From assembly GCA_000002435.2 (NCBI GenBank), contig CM018793.1: a stretch of DNA of 64,000 bases; one strand, given 5' to 3'. Below are positions 17,388-28,346 of this stretch, in pieces. The stretch is from Giardia intestinalis (taxonomy: Eukaryota). The notes under the pieces were generated by a model. That model was given only the letters and a program-made list of their open reading frames with translations, ran no database searches and was not told where the DNA came from. Made by a program: the position numbers and the translations under genes. How positions within the stretch are numbered: position 1 is the first letter of the stretch; every line of letters starts with the position of its first letter.

Positions 17388-20306
17388 CTAGTGGTATGCT
17401 GACAGTAGGATTGATATCTTTGGATTATGTGAGCAGCTCGCAGCCAATCGTATGTCTTCTCGAGAGGGGTGATGTTCCAAGAGAAACATTACCACCTCCG
17501 TACTCCCCTTTGCAGCCGCATATGTTAAACAGGACCAACGCTCCACAACCCCGTTTCTTACTCGTTTGTGATAGATGCTTGATTCGAGCGGATAGAGAAG
17601 CGTCACAATATTGAGGAAATTGTGCTTGCACGCTAGCATGAGCGCAGTCAGCCCCTGAGCGGTCAGCTTGGATTCGCAAGTTGCCAGCTTAGCACAGCAG
17701 CGAAGGTTTCCTCTGCTGCTGGCAACCATGAGCGCTGTCCAGCCGTTGTGCATAGTCTCCCTCGATTCAGAATGTAAAAGAAGCTCGACAATGGCTGAGT
17801 GATTGAAGTATGCGGCAAGCATCAACGCAGTATAGCCGAAGAGCTGCTCGTGGCGCCCGGCCTCGTATCTGGAGAGAATCAGAGCGCATTCTGGAGCATT
17901 ACCGATAGACGCCATCATGAGGGCGGTCACGTTGATCAAGGTGTGCGCATTCCTGTTGCTAGGAAAGTCTTTTAACGTGTAGCATGCCTGTGGAATATTA
18001 TTCTCTAGAGTTGCTAGCTGCTCAACAAGAATGCTGTTATTCATTTGCACTGCTAGGTGCAATGCGGTATAGCGTTCACGATTGGCAGATGCACGGGTTG
18101 CCTCGTGGCTAAGCAGCCCTTTGACAGCTGCTGCTGCATTGTTCCTAACTGCTATCATCAAGGCAGTCTCTCCGCGTGCATCTACCATCAACTTCTCATC
18201 ATTGACAAGCAGCCTAACTAGTTCTACAATATCAGCCTTCGCAGCTATCATGAGCGCCGTGAGGCCATTCCTTTGAGAGATCTGTTTTTCCAGTGGTATA
18301 AGGAGCAGGATAATCTCGACGAAGGCTTGAAACAGAGATCTGAGCTTTCTAATTCTACACTCTACAACGCTGGCATCGTCTTTTATCCTGAGAGCATCTG
18401 GAAATGACACATGCTTTCCACTCAGGTTATCAAGCTGAATCACTGGTACCTTTATGCTCCCGTCAAGCTGGGTTCCGTACGTGCTCTGAGCCCGGTGCTT
18501 AGTAACTTCAGCAGGAAGCTTTTGGGCTGTGACTTGGGTTGTGCGCGGTCGCGCCATGGGAGATGTTTTAGAGCTTCCAGACCGCGAAGTCGCGCACCTT
18601 CCGCTCCTCTTTTTTGGAGAGGAGGATAGCATCGATGGTACGGTAATGCTAGGAGATATTTGCTGGCCTCCTCGTGAGCTGAAGCTGCTTTTTGGTGTTC
18701 CTACACGTGTACTAGCAGATAGAGCCGGCGTCTGTCTTGGATATCGTACCGATGTTATTGGGCGTCTAGACGAAGTGACACGTGGCCTAGAGTAGGCTGA
18801 TTCCTTTTCAGCTGTCTGTGCAAACAGGTCACCCCTACCGCAAGACTTGGTTAGGATACTAATAGACCGTGGAGATCGTGTGTTTCGTGGTGTCACAGAG
18901 CTGTGGGTCAGCGGCACTTCTGCCTCTACTATAAGGTGGCCGCTGTCAGTTGCCAAGCGATCTCTTTCTTGCAGCAGAAGCTTGATAGACTTATGAAGCG
19001 AGATTGCAGATATAACGGCCAAATGCATCGCAGTGACCCCATTCTTTGCCTGCCTCTTTGCTTGTCGTTGGATGTACTTCTCAACGAGTCGTCTCTCACC
19101 AAACGAAGCCGCTAACATCAGCTGCGTATACCCCCGCTCAGTAAGTATCTTCCCTTCAAATGGAATTAATAGCCTGGCTACTTCGCATGAACCCCGAAGA
19201 AGGGCCAGCTCCACTGCAGATTCTTTTGTGTCAGAATAGCTACCTGCTTCCTCATCAATCAGAAGTTTGGCGAGCTCCAAATTTCCATGTTTTATCGCCA
19301 ATTGTAAGGCTGTCTCTCCAGAAGTATTGCGTAATCGGCAAAGGTAGGCTAGTGACGAGCTAAGCGCTTTAGCTTCAAGGCCACTGCACTCCAGAGCGGC
19401 CTTGTGCAGCAAGGAATTTCCGGAGCAATCGGTCTTAACACCAATGATATCGTTGAGAATACTTTTGCCAAAGAGATATACTGAGCTTTTCTGAAGAGAG
19501 GAGGCCGTCAGCTTTGATAAATTGGAGGGGTGATTGAGCCTATTGACGAAATCGATGAACTGCTTTGAAAATCTTCTACTATACTTAGAGACAAACGGGA
19601 TAGTGAAGCATTGTACAGTTTTCATGTACTCAGAAAAATACTGTTTTGGTGGCGCCTGCACGGCTGGCACTTCAACTGTGACGAATAAGTAAAGAGTCTT
19701 CCCTAGTGCTGCCACAAAGTCGCTGGCCCAGGAGCTTTCAGTTGAGTAGGATGCGAGCCTCCTAGATGAGAGCATATGCACCAAATCACACTTTAGAAGA
19801 CCGTGGTCATCAAACCAGAAGCATGACGGATCAAGGTGGGGACGCATCTTGGCTGTGGTCGCAATCTTTACCAGATCCGGTCGGCACAGCTCTACGAAGC
19901 AATCGATCAACTGAGCACATATGACACTTAGCTCTCTTTCGCTATATATTGTGTAGGCCGCTACCGCTTCAAAATAGAGACTGGCCAATGATGTCAAGGG
20001 TGTTCCCCGGGAGAGCGTCAGGAGTGTGTCTGCACTGTCATCATAACTTACATATAGAACACGCCAAAACGAGAAGGAGGGTATCATTGGAAGAAGCCGA
20101 AAAAGGCTAAGAATGGCTTGCTTCTGTGCAGGCGCCACACTGCCGAGACTGATCTCCTGACTGACAAATATCGCGCCGTCCTTGTCTCGACGCAAAATGG
20201 CCCGTTTCGGACCGAGAACTGCTGTTGTCGTGAAGACATAGTCCTCCATCACATTTTTGGCATAGCTCAACACCGGTTGTTTACTTACGCTTCTCCTGAA
20301 GCTCAA
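17388..20306 (-). CDS. Large ankyrin-repeat protein, Protein 21.1 family, with a degenerate kinase-like N-terminal region (972 aa; start more likely the Met at 20249 to avoid overlap with the upstream gene)
   Basis: C-terminal about 450 aa are TALM ankyrin repeats, the middle is S/T/R-rich low complexity, and the N-terminus has faint kinase C-lobe-like motifs (PDLVKIATTAKMRPHLDPSCFWFDDHGLLKCD). Confidence 0.8.
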   Translation of the reverse strand: MSFRRSVSKQPVLSYAKNVMEDYVFTTTAVLGPKRAILRRDKDGAIFVSQEISLGSVAPAQKQAILSLFRLLPMIPSFSFWRVLYVSYDDSADTLLTLSRGTPLTSLASLYFEAVAAYTIYSERELSVICAQLIDCFVELCRPDLVKIATTAKMRPHLDPSCFWFDDHGLLKCDLVHMLSSRRLASYSTESSWASDFVAALGKTLYLFVTVEVPAVQAPPKQYFSEYMKTVQCFTIPFVSKYSRRFSKQFIDFVNRLNHPSNLSKLTASSLQKSSVYLFGKSILNDIIGVKTDCSGNSLLHKAALECSGLEAKALSSSLAYLCRLRNTSGETALQLAIKHGNLELAKLLIDEEAGSYSDTKESAVELALLRGSCEVARLLIPFEGKILTERGYTQLMLAASFGERRLVEKYIQRQAKRQAKNGVTAMHLAVISAISLHKSIKLLLQERDRLATDSGHLIVEAEVPLTHSSVTPRNTRSPRSISILTKSCGRGDLFAQTAEKESAYSRPRVTSSRRPITSVRYPRQTPALSASTRVGTPKSSFSSRGGQQISPSITVPSMLSSSPKKRSGRCATSRSGSSKTSPMARPRTTQVTAQKLPAEVTKHRAQSTYGTQLDGSIKVPVIQLDNLSGKHVSFPDALRIKDDASVVECRIRKLRSLFQAFVEIILLLIPLEKQISQRNGLTALMIAAKADIVELVRLLVNDEKLMVDARGETALMIAVRNNAAAAVKGLLSHEATRASANRERYTALHLAVQMNNSILVEQLATLENNIPQACYTLKDFPSNRNAHTLINVTALMMASIGNAPECALILSRYEAGRHEQLFGYTALMLAAYFNHSAIVELLLHSESRETMHNGWTALMVASSRGNLRCCAKLATCESKLTAQGLTALMLACKHNFLNIVTLLYPLESSIYHKRVRNGVVERWSCLTYAAAKGSTEVVMFLLEHHPSREDIRLAASCSHNPKISILLSAYH

Positions 20307-23253
20307 TGTAAAGCCTCATCTCGCGGCGAAGCGTATCTGTCTTCGCAAATGCATCTGCTGTTAGGCCGTTGGAGTGCATTATGTGCCATTCCAGAGGAAG
20401 AAGCATCCGAACACACTGCTCCCAGCCACACTGTGCCGCACACATCAGCGCTGTGTACCCACTTGTTTTTGACATCCCGGCTTCGTGGGCCATAAGAAGC
20501 TTTACACACTCAACCCGATTTCTCTGCACAGCGCTCATCAAGGCCGTCCATCCATCTGTTCGATTTAATCTTGCCTCTTTCTTCATCAGGATCTTAACGC
20601 ATTCGCTGTGACCCTCTTGGGCGGCCATCATTAGCGCAGTGAAGCCATTTTCCTTTTGCCTTCGAGACTCGTAATTCACCAAAAGAGAGACTGCCGCGAC
20701 ATTTCCAGCCTCTGCAGCAAGCATCAGAGCAGTAGCGCCCGACGATTCTGTCGATGATCCTAGTACAATCCCGTTTTCCCACACCAGAAGCGCCTTAATA
20801 ATCTGTGTGTACCCCAGGTAAGAAGCCATCATAAGTGCAGTCCACCCTCGTGCATCCTGCATCCGTGCTTCTAGCTGAAGGAGGGGAAACACACAATTTA
20901 AGTGGTTCTTCCTGCATGCGAACATGAGCGCAGTCCTACCTTTCAGGTGGTTGTCGGACGTCATTTGACACCGTGCCAAAACCATTCGAAGCAGTTGCAC
21001 TACCTCTGCATTACCTAATTCTGCCGCATACATCAAGGCTGTCTTTCCATCCTGTGCACTTCCACTCAGAAGTTCTAGTGATAGCTTTCTTTGCAGCACG
21101 TCTCCTACTTTAATGGCTTGCCTGTATTGATGAATGAAGTAATTAACTATGGAGATGTCACCTAGCATGCTTGCTTTGATTACTGGGTTAGGCGATGGCT
21201 TTACACTGTTTGCGATTGCCTCATATCTAGAAAGAATTTCTGCTATGACTGTGTGGCCGTGTGCAACTGCTACTTCATATGCACTCGTGCCGTCCCTGAG
21301 AATAAGACCGGCTTCTGTCTCTAGTAGCACACGCGCCATTAGAATACAGTTAGACTCAGCACAGAACATCAGTGCCGTCTTCCCCTCTGCTGTCCGTGCC
21401 CCGGCTTGAAAACGTAGGCACCAAGCCCGTGCAATGTCATTGGCTGCACACGCTTGCATGAGACCTGTTGAGTTCGTCCGAAATATGAGATTTAGTTCAC
21501 TGGAACTTAATCCTCGAGAGCCACGAAGCCCTGATGCGCAGGCTCTGAAGGTAGATAGTTCCTGCGACGGCGTGAACCGGGAAATTGTCAGAGGTAGAGA
21601 CATATCGATGGACGAACTGAGAATGTCGAGAGGCGACCTAAGGTCTTCTTGTACAGAAACCGAAGAGGATAAAGATGCATCTATGCTATCGTCGAGTGTA
21701 GAGGATGCCCGACTGACAGAGAGGGGGCTCACTATTACCGAGATTGTCGGCGTTTTAGATCCTGGAACCGCCCGTCCTCCCACAAACGTTGCGTTGATTG
21801 TGGATTTCTGAAACGCCCCATGCTTCCCATCCATCCAGTCATTGTATATATCTTGTATTTTGTTGTATTCAGGACATTCGTAATACGCTATCATATCTGC
21901 CCCATCATCGTTTCCGGCTGCAATGGCCAATTGAAGAGCTGTGGCGCCATTTATTTCACGTCCGTTCTCAAAGGGGAGTAGATATAAGATGAACTCATTT
22001 CTGCCCAACTCTGCAGCATACATCAGGGCGGTCTTCCCATGCTCATCCACGTGTCCTGCGTATGAGAAGTTAGCGATAAGAAGCTCCTTATCATTTGCTA
22101 TAACTGCTTCTATTAGTGGCGTGGTAGAGTTGCCCTCCAGCTGAGTTGCAACAACAAACGAGTCTGCTGCAGATACTGGCACAGATGAGCCGTCAACATC
22201 TGTGCAGGCCAGCTCCACGGTCCGTGTCGATATGCGAGACTTCAGTGGAAGTATCCGACTCAGGTTAGTTGAAAGGGTCGACCGAGGGGACATGGTGGAG
22301 GTAGCTGAGTAAATAGAGGCCCGTCCACTGTCTCTATCGCGCAGATGAGCGACAGAGCTTCTATCCCTGAGGGCCCGCATTCTGCTGTGATTAAGAAGAG
22401 TATCGTAGTCAGGCCGCAAAGATGGGTTCTGAGTGAGCATCTGATTGAGGAAATCATTCAACACATCCGAGTAACCGTACAACTTGCGGATGGGGAGAAT
22501 AGCACTCAGCATACTCTCTGAGCTGGCGGCGTCAAGTGTGTCGGAAACGAGTGCCTTCATAGTGCACATTTCGTAGAGAATGCAGCCCAAAGACCAAATA
22601 TCTGATGTTTCGTGGGCTTTCTTATCTTTTAGAATCTCTGGTGCCATATAGGCTGTTGTATAAAGGTGGTCCGCATCTCTCTTGTGCGCTTTCAGCCCAA
22701 TTTTGGTTGAACTGAGTGTCAATCGCAAGTCGGGGCTAAATGAACAGTCACACAGTTGGACCATCGAAAGGTTTTCGTCAAGGAAAAGGATATTTGTTGG
22801 CTTCAGGTTGCAATGAAGAGGCTTCAGACTGGGGGCGTCGTCTTCACGAAGTGGATAAGAGGCTAAGTCCTTCAAGATCGTTAGTAGGGAGTATGCAGTA
22901 CTCCACACCACGTCTTCTGTAAAGTATGTCTGATCTGTTTTTGCTGATTCAATTGCTGCTTGCAACGTTTTAGCCCCCAGAAAGGGGAGTACGATATACA
23001 ACACGAGAGAGTCATGGTCAACAAATGTATAGCACGGTTGCAGAATGGAGTCTATTTGCACCTGAGCTTGTAGATCTGCTTCCCTCCTGAGGAGAGAGAT
23101 GCACTGCCGAGGAATTGCATCAAGCAAATATTCCTTGATAATGTGCGTCTCTTCTGTCGCCTTGTGTCTGCACTTGAAGACAGTAGCATATGGCCCATGT
23201 CCAATGATACCCAGGATGTCGTATGCCTCCAATATTCGGGGGCTTTTCATCAA
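20281..23253 (-). CDS. NEK-family kinase (predicted pseudokinase) fused to a long ankyrin-repeat tail (990 aa)
   Basis: N-terminal kinase domain (GHGPYATV, HCNLKPTN with N in place of the catalytic D, APE, DIWSLG), followed by an S-rich linker and at least 12 TALM ankyrin repeats. Confidence 0.85.
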   Translation of the reverse strand: MMKSPRILEAYDILGIIGHGPYATVFKCRHKATEETHIIKEYLLDAIPRQCISLLRREADLQAQVQIDSILQPCYTFVDHDSLVLYIVLPFLGAKTLQAAIESAKTDQTYFTEDVVWSTAYSLLTILKDLASYPLREDDAPSLKPLHCNLKPTNILFLDENLSMVQLCDCSFSPDLRLTLSSTKIGLKAHKRDADHLYTTAYMAPEILKDKKAHETSDIWSLGCILYEMCTMKALVSDTLDAASSESMLSAILPIRKLYGYSDVLNDFLNQMLTQNPSLRPDYDTLLNHSRMRALRDRSSVAHLRDRDSGRASIYSATSTMSPRSTLSTNLSRILPLKSRISTRTVELACTDVDGSSVPVSAADSFVVATQLEGNSTTPLIEAVIANDKELLIANFSYAGHVDEHGKTALMYAAELGRNEFILYLLPFENGREINGATALQLAIAAGNDDGADMIAYYECPEYNKIQDIYNDWMDGKHGAFQKSTINATFVGGRAVPGSKTPTISVIVSPLSVSRASSTLDDSIDASLSSSVSVQEDLRSPLDILSSSIDMSLPLTISRFTPSQELSTFRACASGLRGSRGLSSSELNLIFRTNSTGLMQACAANDIARAWCLRFQAGARTAEGKTALMFCAESNCILMARVLLETEAGLILRDGTSAYEVAVAHGHTVIAEILSRYEAIANSVKPSPNPVIKASMLGDISIVNYFIHQYRQAIKVGDVLQRKLSLELLSGSAQDGKTALMYAAELGNAEVVQLLRMVLARCQMTSDNHLKGRTALMFACRKNHLNCVFPLLQLEARMQDARGWTALMMASYLGYTQIIKALLVWENGIVLGSSTESSGATALMLAAEAGNVAAVSLLVNYESRRQKENGFTALMMAAQEGHSECVKILMKKEARLNRTDGWTALMSAVQRNRVECVKLLMAHEAGMSKTSGYTALMCAAQCGWEQCVRMLLPLEWHIMHSNGLTADAFAKTDTLRREMRLYIELQEKRK

Positions 23254-23593
23254 ATGGAATGGTTTTTAGGAATTCCGTGATGTGTCTTTGAAGAGTACAG
23301 ATTCCGAATAAGGAGATGCAGCCTCACACTTTACAGTGCTCATTCCTAATATCCAGATATGGTCCTGTCGAGACAGGGAATCAGTGTTCTGACAACAGCT
23401 TCTGCACCATGGCTGTGGGCAACTTAGGCAACAAATCACCAACTTAGTGCATTCTTTTCACCTAGTACTCTCTATATGTACATGTGAAGTACATATATAA
23501 ATTTACAGAGGATTTGATAAAGGAAGAGATAGATATAAACAAGCAATACATCCTGCTCTTCACAAGCGGGCAGATGTACTAAGTAAGGCAAAG

Positions 23594-25825
23594 ATGCATT
23601 GCCGCAACTTTGAGGCGCCAAATCCGCGTAATGACAAGCCAAAAAATAATTACCTAGAAATGGCGCAGTTACCCTTTGGCTCCGCGCAGGAGTGGTTCGA
23701 TGCCGTAAAGAGACGCGACTATGACGGCGTAGTATTCAACCTTCCTGTGTACCAAACAACTACGGACAGTAACGGGGAAACGGCTCTAATGTATGCAGTG
23801 AGGAATATGGATGCAGAAATGACCCTTCTTCTTGGTCCGTTAGAATGCGGTGCAGTCAACAACATAGGCTACTCCGCTCTCATGCTGGCTGCCGAGCGAA
23901 ACTTTATGCCTGGAGTAGAGTCGCTTCTATATTATGAGAAGGATTTGCGCCTTCCAGATGGAAGAAATGCCCTCATTCTTGCTGCACAGCACAATGCTTT
24001 AGATGCGATTCATCTTCTCCGCCAAGAGCTCTGGGGGCAGACTGATTTAAAGGGACGTTCTGCATTAACTTACGCTGCTGCAAATGGATACATTGACTCC
24101 GTTAAGCTATTAGTCCAGAATACGTACAAGGAACTTGCACCAGATATCGATCAAGCAATTGTCCACGCGTCATCCAGGCGCCACGACGGCGTGGTTCAAT
24201 ATCTTAGCAAATTCAGCAAAGCGCTACAGCTCCGCTCTAGTGTTGCGAGCACAATGAATCAATCACCAACTGCGGCAGACTTCGGATATAGCAGCGGCAC
24301 TAGCCTTCTAAATTCCACTCTTCGTGATGGGGGTAGTTCGCCTCTCCAGTCATCAAAGGCCTTCAGTCCTGCAAGTACCGGTTTGACTAATACCTTTAGT
24401 GGGGGCGCGTCCATAAAGAACACACAGCTGACTAAGCAGTTTCAATCTAGTACAAAGTATGATGGACTCCTTTCATCTGAGACTATCCAGCCGTTAGAGA
24501 TACAAAATCGTCAGGCTCCTTCCCACAGCGCAACATCACTTCGTGCTCGAAACAGCAACAAGCCGCTGTCTATGGTGGAAGATAATACGATAAGGCTGCC
24601 TCAGCCAGTGCATGCGCCATCCCATCAGGCGACGACTGTTAACCCTGCTTATTTGTACAACGAAATAGATGTAACGGATCTTATGACGGCATCCTCGCCT
24701 TCAGCGCTGCCATCTCATGAAGCCACAGGGACAGCTGACAAGTCTGCAGACATCTCCAGTATCGTCAAGGGGACCTCTACCATCGCGTTAACTGGGGCTT
24801 CAAAGAAGGAAAATAGAAGTGACTGGTCTCCTTTGATGACCGCTGCAGACTCGAATCAGCTTAAGCTTGTCCAGCAGTTGATCCCGCTTCACGCAGGCAA
24901 AGAGACGAAGGATGGATTAACTGCCCTTATGATAGCAGCAAAGAAGAACCACTCGCAGATAGTTTCTGCACTGGTAGGACGGGAGGGCGGTATGAAAATG
25001 ACAAACACCTTGATAACAGCGCTAATGTTTGCTGCACAGCACAACTCCCTTGCAAGCATTAAACCTCTTGCAACGAGAGAGAGTGGAATGCGGGACTCAA
25101 ATGGAAGAACTGCTATGATGTTTGCTGCTCAGAACGGTCACGCTAAGGTAGTCCAGCAGCTGCTCAAGTTGGAGGGGAAGCTTTGCGATCAACGAGGGTG
25201 GACAGCCATGATGTATGCCGCGCAAAATGGACACCTTTCTGTTGTTAAGCTTCTTGCCAAGAGTGAGATGGGAGTTCAAGAAAATGATGGAGGGACTGCT
25301 CTTATGCTGGCTGCTGAAGAGGGCCATGCTGATATAATTCCACTTTTGGTAAAGACTGAGGGTACCCTCCGTGACAAATCTGGAGCAACGGCCTTGATGG
25401 TGGCAGCCTCTGGAGGCCATGTGGCCATCGTCAAGAGCCTTCTCCAGGCTGAGGGTGGCATGAAGAATAATGAGGGCTACACAGCTTTAATGGGATCTGC
25501 GTATAGTGGGCACTTAGGGTGCGTCCAAGCCCTCATCCCTCGCGAGGCAGGATTGACAATGGACGACGGTTGGACGGCTCTCATGTCTGCAGCACAGAAT
25601 GGACACCTAACAGTGGTAGAGCAGCTCTTGGAGCGCGAAGCTGGTAGGCAGACAAATACAGGGTGGACCGCGTTAATGTCTGCAGCACACGCAGGCTATG
25701 CCTCCATTTGTAGGATTCTTGGGCCCATGGAGAATGGATTCCGAGATAATCACGGGAAGTCGGCATTAAACTATGCCAGTGAAGGGGGTCACGCAGACGT
25801 GGTGGCAATCCTTCGCAAGATGTAG
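23594..25825 (+). CDS. Ankyrin-repeat protein, Protein 21.1 family (743 aa)
   Basis: N-terminal and C-terminal ankyrin blocks separated by an S/T-rich region; about 12 C-terminal GxTALM repeats. Confidence 0.85.
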   Translation: MHCRNFEAPNPRNDKPKNNYLEMAQLPFGSAQEWFDAVKRRDYDGVVFNLPVYQTTTDSNGETALMYAVRNMDAEMTLLLGPLECGAVNNIGYSALMLAAERNFMPGVESLLYYEKDLRLPDGRNALILAAQHNALDAIHLLRQELWGQTDLKGRSALTYAAANGYIDSVKLLVQNTYKELAPDIDQAIVHASSRRHDGVVQYLSKFSKALQLRSSVASTMNQSPTAADFGYSSGTSLLNSTLRDGGSSPLQSSKAFSPASTGLTNTFSGGASIKNTQLTKQFQSSTKYDGLLSSETIQPLEIQNRQAPSHSATSLRARNSNKPLSMVEDNTIRLPQPVHAPSHQATTVNPAYLYNEIDVTDLMTASSPSALPSHEATGTADKSADISSIVKGTSTIALTGASKKENRSDWSPLMTAADSNQLKLVQQLIPLHAGKETKDGLTALMIAAKKNHSQIVSALVGREGGMKMTNTLITALMFAAQHNSLASIKPLATRESGMRDSNGRTAMMFAAQNGHAKVVQQLLKLEGKLCDQRGWTAMMYAAQNGHLSVVKLLAKSEMGVQENDGGTALMLAAEEGHADIIPLLVKTEGTLRDKSGATALMVAASGGHVAIVKSLLQAEGGMKNNEGYTALMGSAYSGHLGCVQALIPREAGLTMDDGWTALMSAAQNGHLTVVEQLLEREAGRQTNTGWTALMSAAHAGYASICRILGPMENGFRDNHGKSALNYASEGGHADVVAILRKM

Positions 25826-25850
25826 AACCCGTGCTCTCGTAAACCTTAGA

Positions 25851-28271
25851 TTATGATCTTGTCATGAGTCGCCTTATGCTTTGCTTTAGCGCAGCACTGG
25901 CGTCCTTACATGTCGCAAGGGAAGCTGCTATAGACGTGATGTCCGGGGTAAGGGCGTCCACATCAGCAAGCCTATCTATCAGTTTGGTAAGGGCTGCTTT
26001 GATGGACGAGTGAATCCTCCAAGTAGACTCCAGCGGAGAGCGAGAGGAAGAAGAACTCCTTTTTGGAGTCCTCGCACTCTGCGTTCTGGAATAGCCGCCT
26101 TCAAAGTCCTTTTTGAGTTGGTCTAACGCATGCTTTATCTTTCTATTTGTATAAAGGCATACTTTGACCTCGGTTTGCGACATGAAACTTTTCTGAACAC
26201 ACTCTGCGTTGCGAAAAACTTTCTTCATGGAGGTTGAGACATAGTCACGGAGCTCTGCCAGAGCAGGTTGAATTTCAGTGGCTGAAGTAACCATTGACGA
26301 GTGCTCGCACGTGACGAGTGGTGATTTTTTGTTGTTGGAAGACGGAGTCTCCGATGTCTTATCGAAAGGGAGGATACTAGAGAGGGATGAGATTTTCTTT
26401 ACTGCCAGAGCAGAGTGCCTCTTGTGGCCTTCTATTTCTTCGGTCAGGAAACGCACTACAATTCTATCGGGGTGCTTTGGATCAACATCATTGTAGAGCA
26501 GCTCACTACAATTCCTTTTATCAAAAGCATGGTACACCCTAATAAGCTGCTGATAAATGTCAAGCTCGTGTTTGATTGCTTGAATAAAAGGCATGACGAT
26601 CGGAGGAAAGAGGTCGGAAAGCTCTTCTTTAGTCTCTTCTACTCTTCTGCAGAGAACACTCCTTGCGCGACAAGGAAGACCGGTAAAGTCACGTAGCTTT
26701 TTGTGCACAGCGTGAGTTACTGTCTCATTAGATTTAGGACGATTATAGAAAGTGCAGGATAGACCTGCAGGGTCACAAAGGCCCCGGCCAGTTGTATTCA
26801 TTGGTGATGTAAAGGAAAGGAACTGCTCCCAGAAAGAGACTGCATTACTGATGATGGCTAACTTCTGTTGCATATTGCTACGTCCTATCATAAACAAGCG
26901 CTCACTAAGGTGTTCTGTCTCTTGACGTATCTTCTTTAACTCTTCTCCAGCTATGATAAAGCTTCTAGTTGCCTCGATATACTCAGAAGACAAATTGCCT
27001 CCTGGACAAACACGAGCTGAATTCCCCTGACTCAAGTGAGAAGTAGAGCTTTCACAAAGGACTCCTGACAATCCTGATAAGGATGTAGCGGATGGTGTGC
27101 AGGCATTGTTTGGTTCTAAGATGGCAGAGAGAGATAGCTGATCATTGTTGTTCGATTGTCCAGGTGAGTGGAGAGACTTGAGGACGTGGAGTGCAACGGG
27201 AGGAGCGGACGAAATATCTGCATCTGCGGAGGAAGCTTGGCAAAGAGGAAGGTGAACAGGACTTTCGGATCGACTTACGCACTTACTACCGATGTCGAGA
27301 TCCAATTCAACATATGCGTTGTAAAGGTGCAAGTCCAAGAGGGCCTCGTCGGGGAGTTTCCCACCTATCTGTCTCCAGACATTCGCCTGGAGGATAGCCT
27401 TTGGAGAATGCAGCCTTGGAGTGTGTTGGGGAAACCTTACTGGTCGGTGCTGAACTCCAGAAACCCACGAAAGTTGCACAATCGTGCCATCGTTACAATT
27501 GCTTTCTGTAAGAAGCTGGACCTCGGGGTCGAGGTCTTCTACTGTCGAAACGTCCACCTTCATGCCCTGGCTCAATGCATTTTCGATGTAGCAAAATGTT
27601 GGGATGGTGCTAGTGACAATCTGTGCAAAGTAATCCTGCATGTTGCACCAGTGGGTGATCGCTTCGTCTACCTGACGTGAGTCTGTGCCTAAGTCTCCTA
27701 ATTCTGATAGTGCAGCAATGGAGTCGAAGTAGTGTGCGCTTTCGAATTGTCCGGGAGGCTCAACCAAATATATGCGGATCGCTGCAGTGGGTAAAACTAC
27801 GATGAGGCGGATAATAATGGTCGAAGTAGTGGCCTCTGCAGAGTAGGTATGGTGTGCGTACCCAATCAAGGACTTTATTGCCGGCAAGGAGACAACATGA
27901 TAAGCTTCACAATCAAGCAGGGTTGTCTCAGCTCCGGTGAAAAGACAGATCGCGCGATTGCCTTGACTGACAGAGAGGATGGATATTCCCATATCATATC
28001 TTCCTGCATATATGTCGTCCAGTCGCTTGAGCAGAGACCCCAAAAGCCGGAATATTAGAGCATCTTCTGTAAAACACATGCGCTGAAGCACCACTGGGAT
28101 GCCTCGGCGGCCTCCCTTATAGAATAGGAGAGAGGAGTCATGAAGCTGTTCAACAGCCTCCCAGATCCGCTCGAGGAGCTCTTTTAACAGCGCATACTGG
28201 CTAGATGTGACAAAGGTCAATCCACCCTGGGTGTCCTCCGATCCCAGAAGCGCGAACGTCTCGATCAGCAT
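25851..28271 (-). CDS. Hypothetical protein (806 aa)
   Basis: Long uninterrupted ORF with Giardia-like codon usage; no motif recognised with confidence. Confidence 0.6.
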   Translation of the reverse strand: MLIETFALLGSEDTQGGLTFVTSSQYALLKELLERIWEAVEQLHDSSLLFYKGGRRGIPVVLQRMCFTEDALIFRLLGSLLKRLDDIYAGRYDMGISILSVSQGNRAICLFTGAETTLLDCEAYHVVSLPAIKSLIGYAHHTYSAEATTSTIIIRLIVVLPTAAIRIYLVEPPGQFESAHYFDSIAALSELGDLGTDSRQVDEAITHWCNMQDYFAQIVTSTIPTFCYIENALSQGMKVDVSTVEDLDPEVQLLTESNCNDGTIVQLSWVSGVQHRPVRFPQHTPRLHSPKAILQANVWRQIGGKLPDEALLDLHLYNAYVELDLDIGSKCVSRSESPVHLPLCQASSADADISSAPPVALHVLKSLHSPGQSNNNDQLSLSAILEPNNACTPSATSLSGLSGVLCESSTSHLSQGNSARVCPGGNLSSEYIEATRSFIIAGEELKKIRQETEHLSERLFMIGRSNMQQKLAIISNAVSFWEQFLSFTSPMNTTGRGLCDPAGLSCTFYNRPKSNETVTHAVHKKLRDFTGLPCRARSVLCRRVEETKEELSDLFPPIVMPFIQAIKHELDIYQQLIRVYHAFDKRNCSELLYNDVDPKHPDRIVVRFLTEEIEGHKRHSALAVKKISSLSSILPFDKTSETPSSNNKKSPLVTCEHSSMVTSATEIQPALAELRDYVSTSMKKVFRNAECVQKSFMSQTEVKVCLYTNRKIKHALDQLKKDFEGGYSRTQSARTPKRSSSSSRSPLESTWRIHSSIKAALTKLIDRLADVDALTPDITSIAASLATCKDASAALKQSIRRLMTRS

Positions 28272-28346
28272 GCCTCAGTGCAAACAAAACAAATCTTAAA
28301 GAGTTCACTCAGGGAAGGGCCAACACAAGTAGTGCATGGACAGCAC

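Noticed and set aside
20281-20306. 26-bp overlap between the 972-aa and 990-aa minus-strand ORFs
   Set aside because: The downstream gene most likely starts at the second Met (20249), which removes the overlap, so this is not treated as a real gene overlap.
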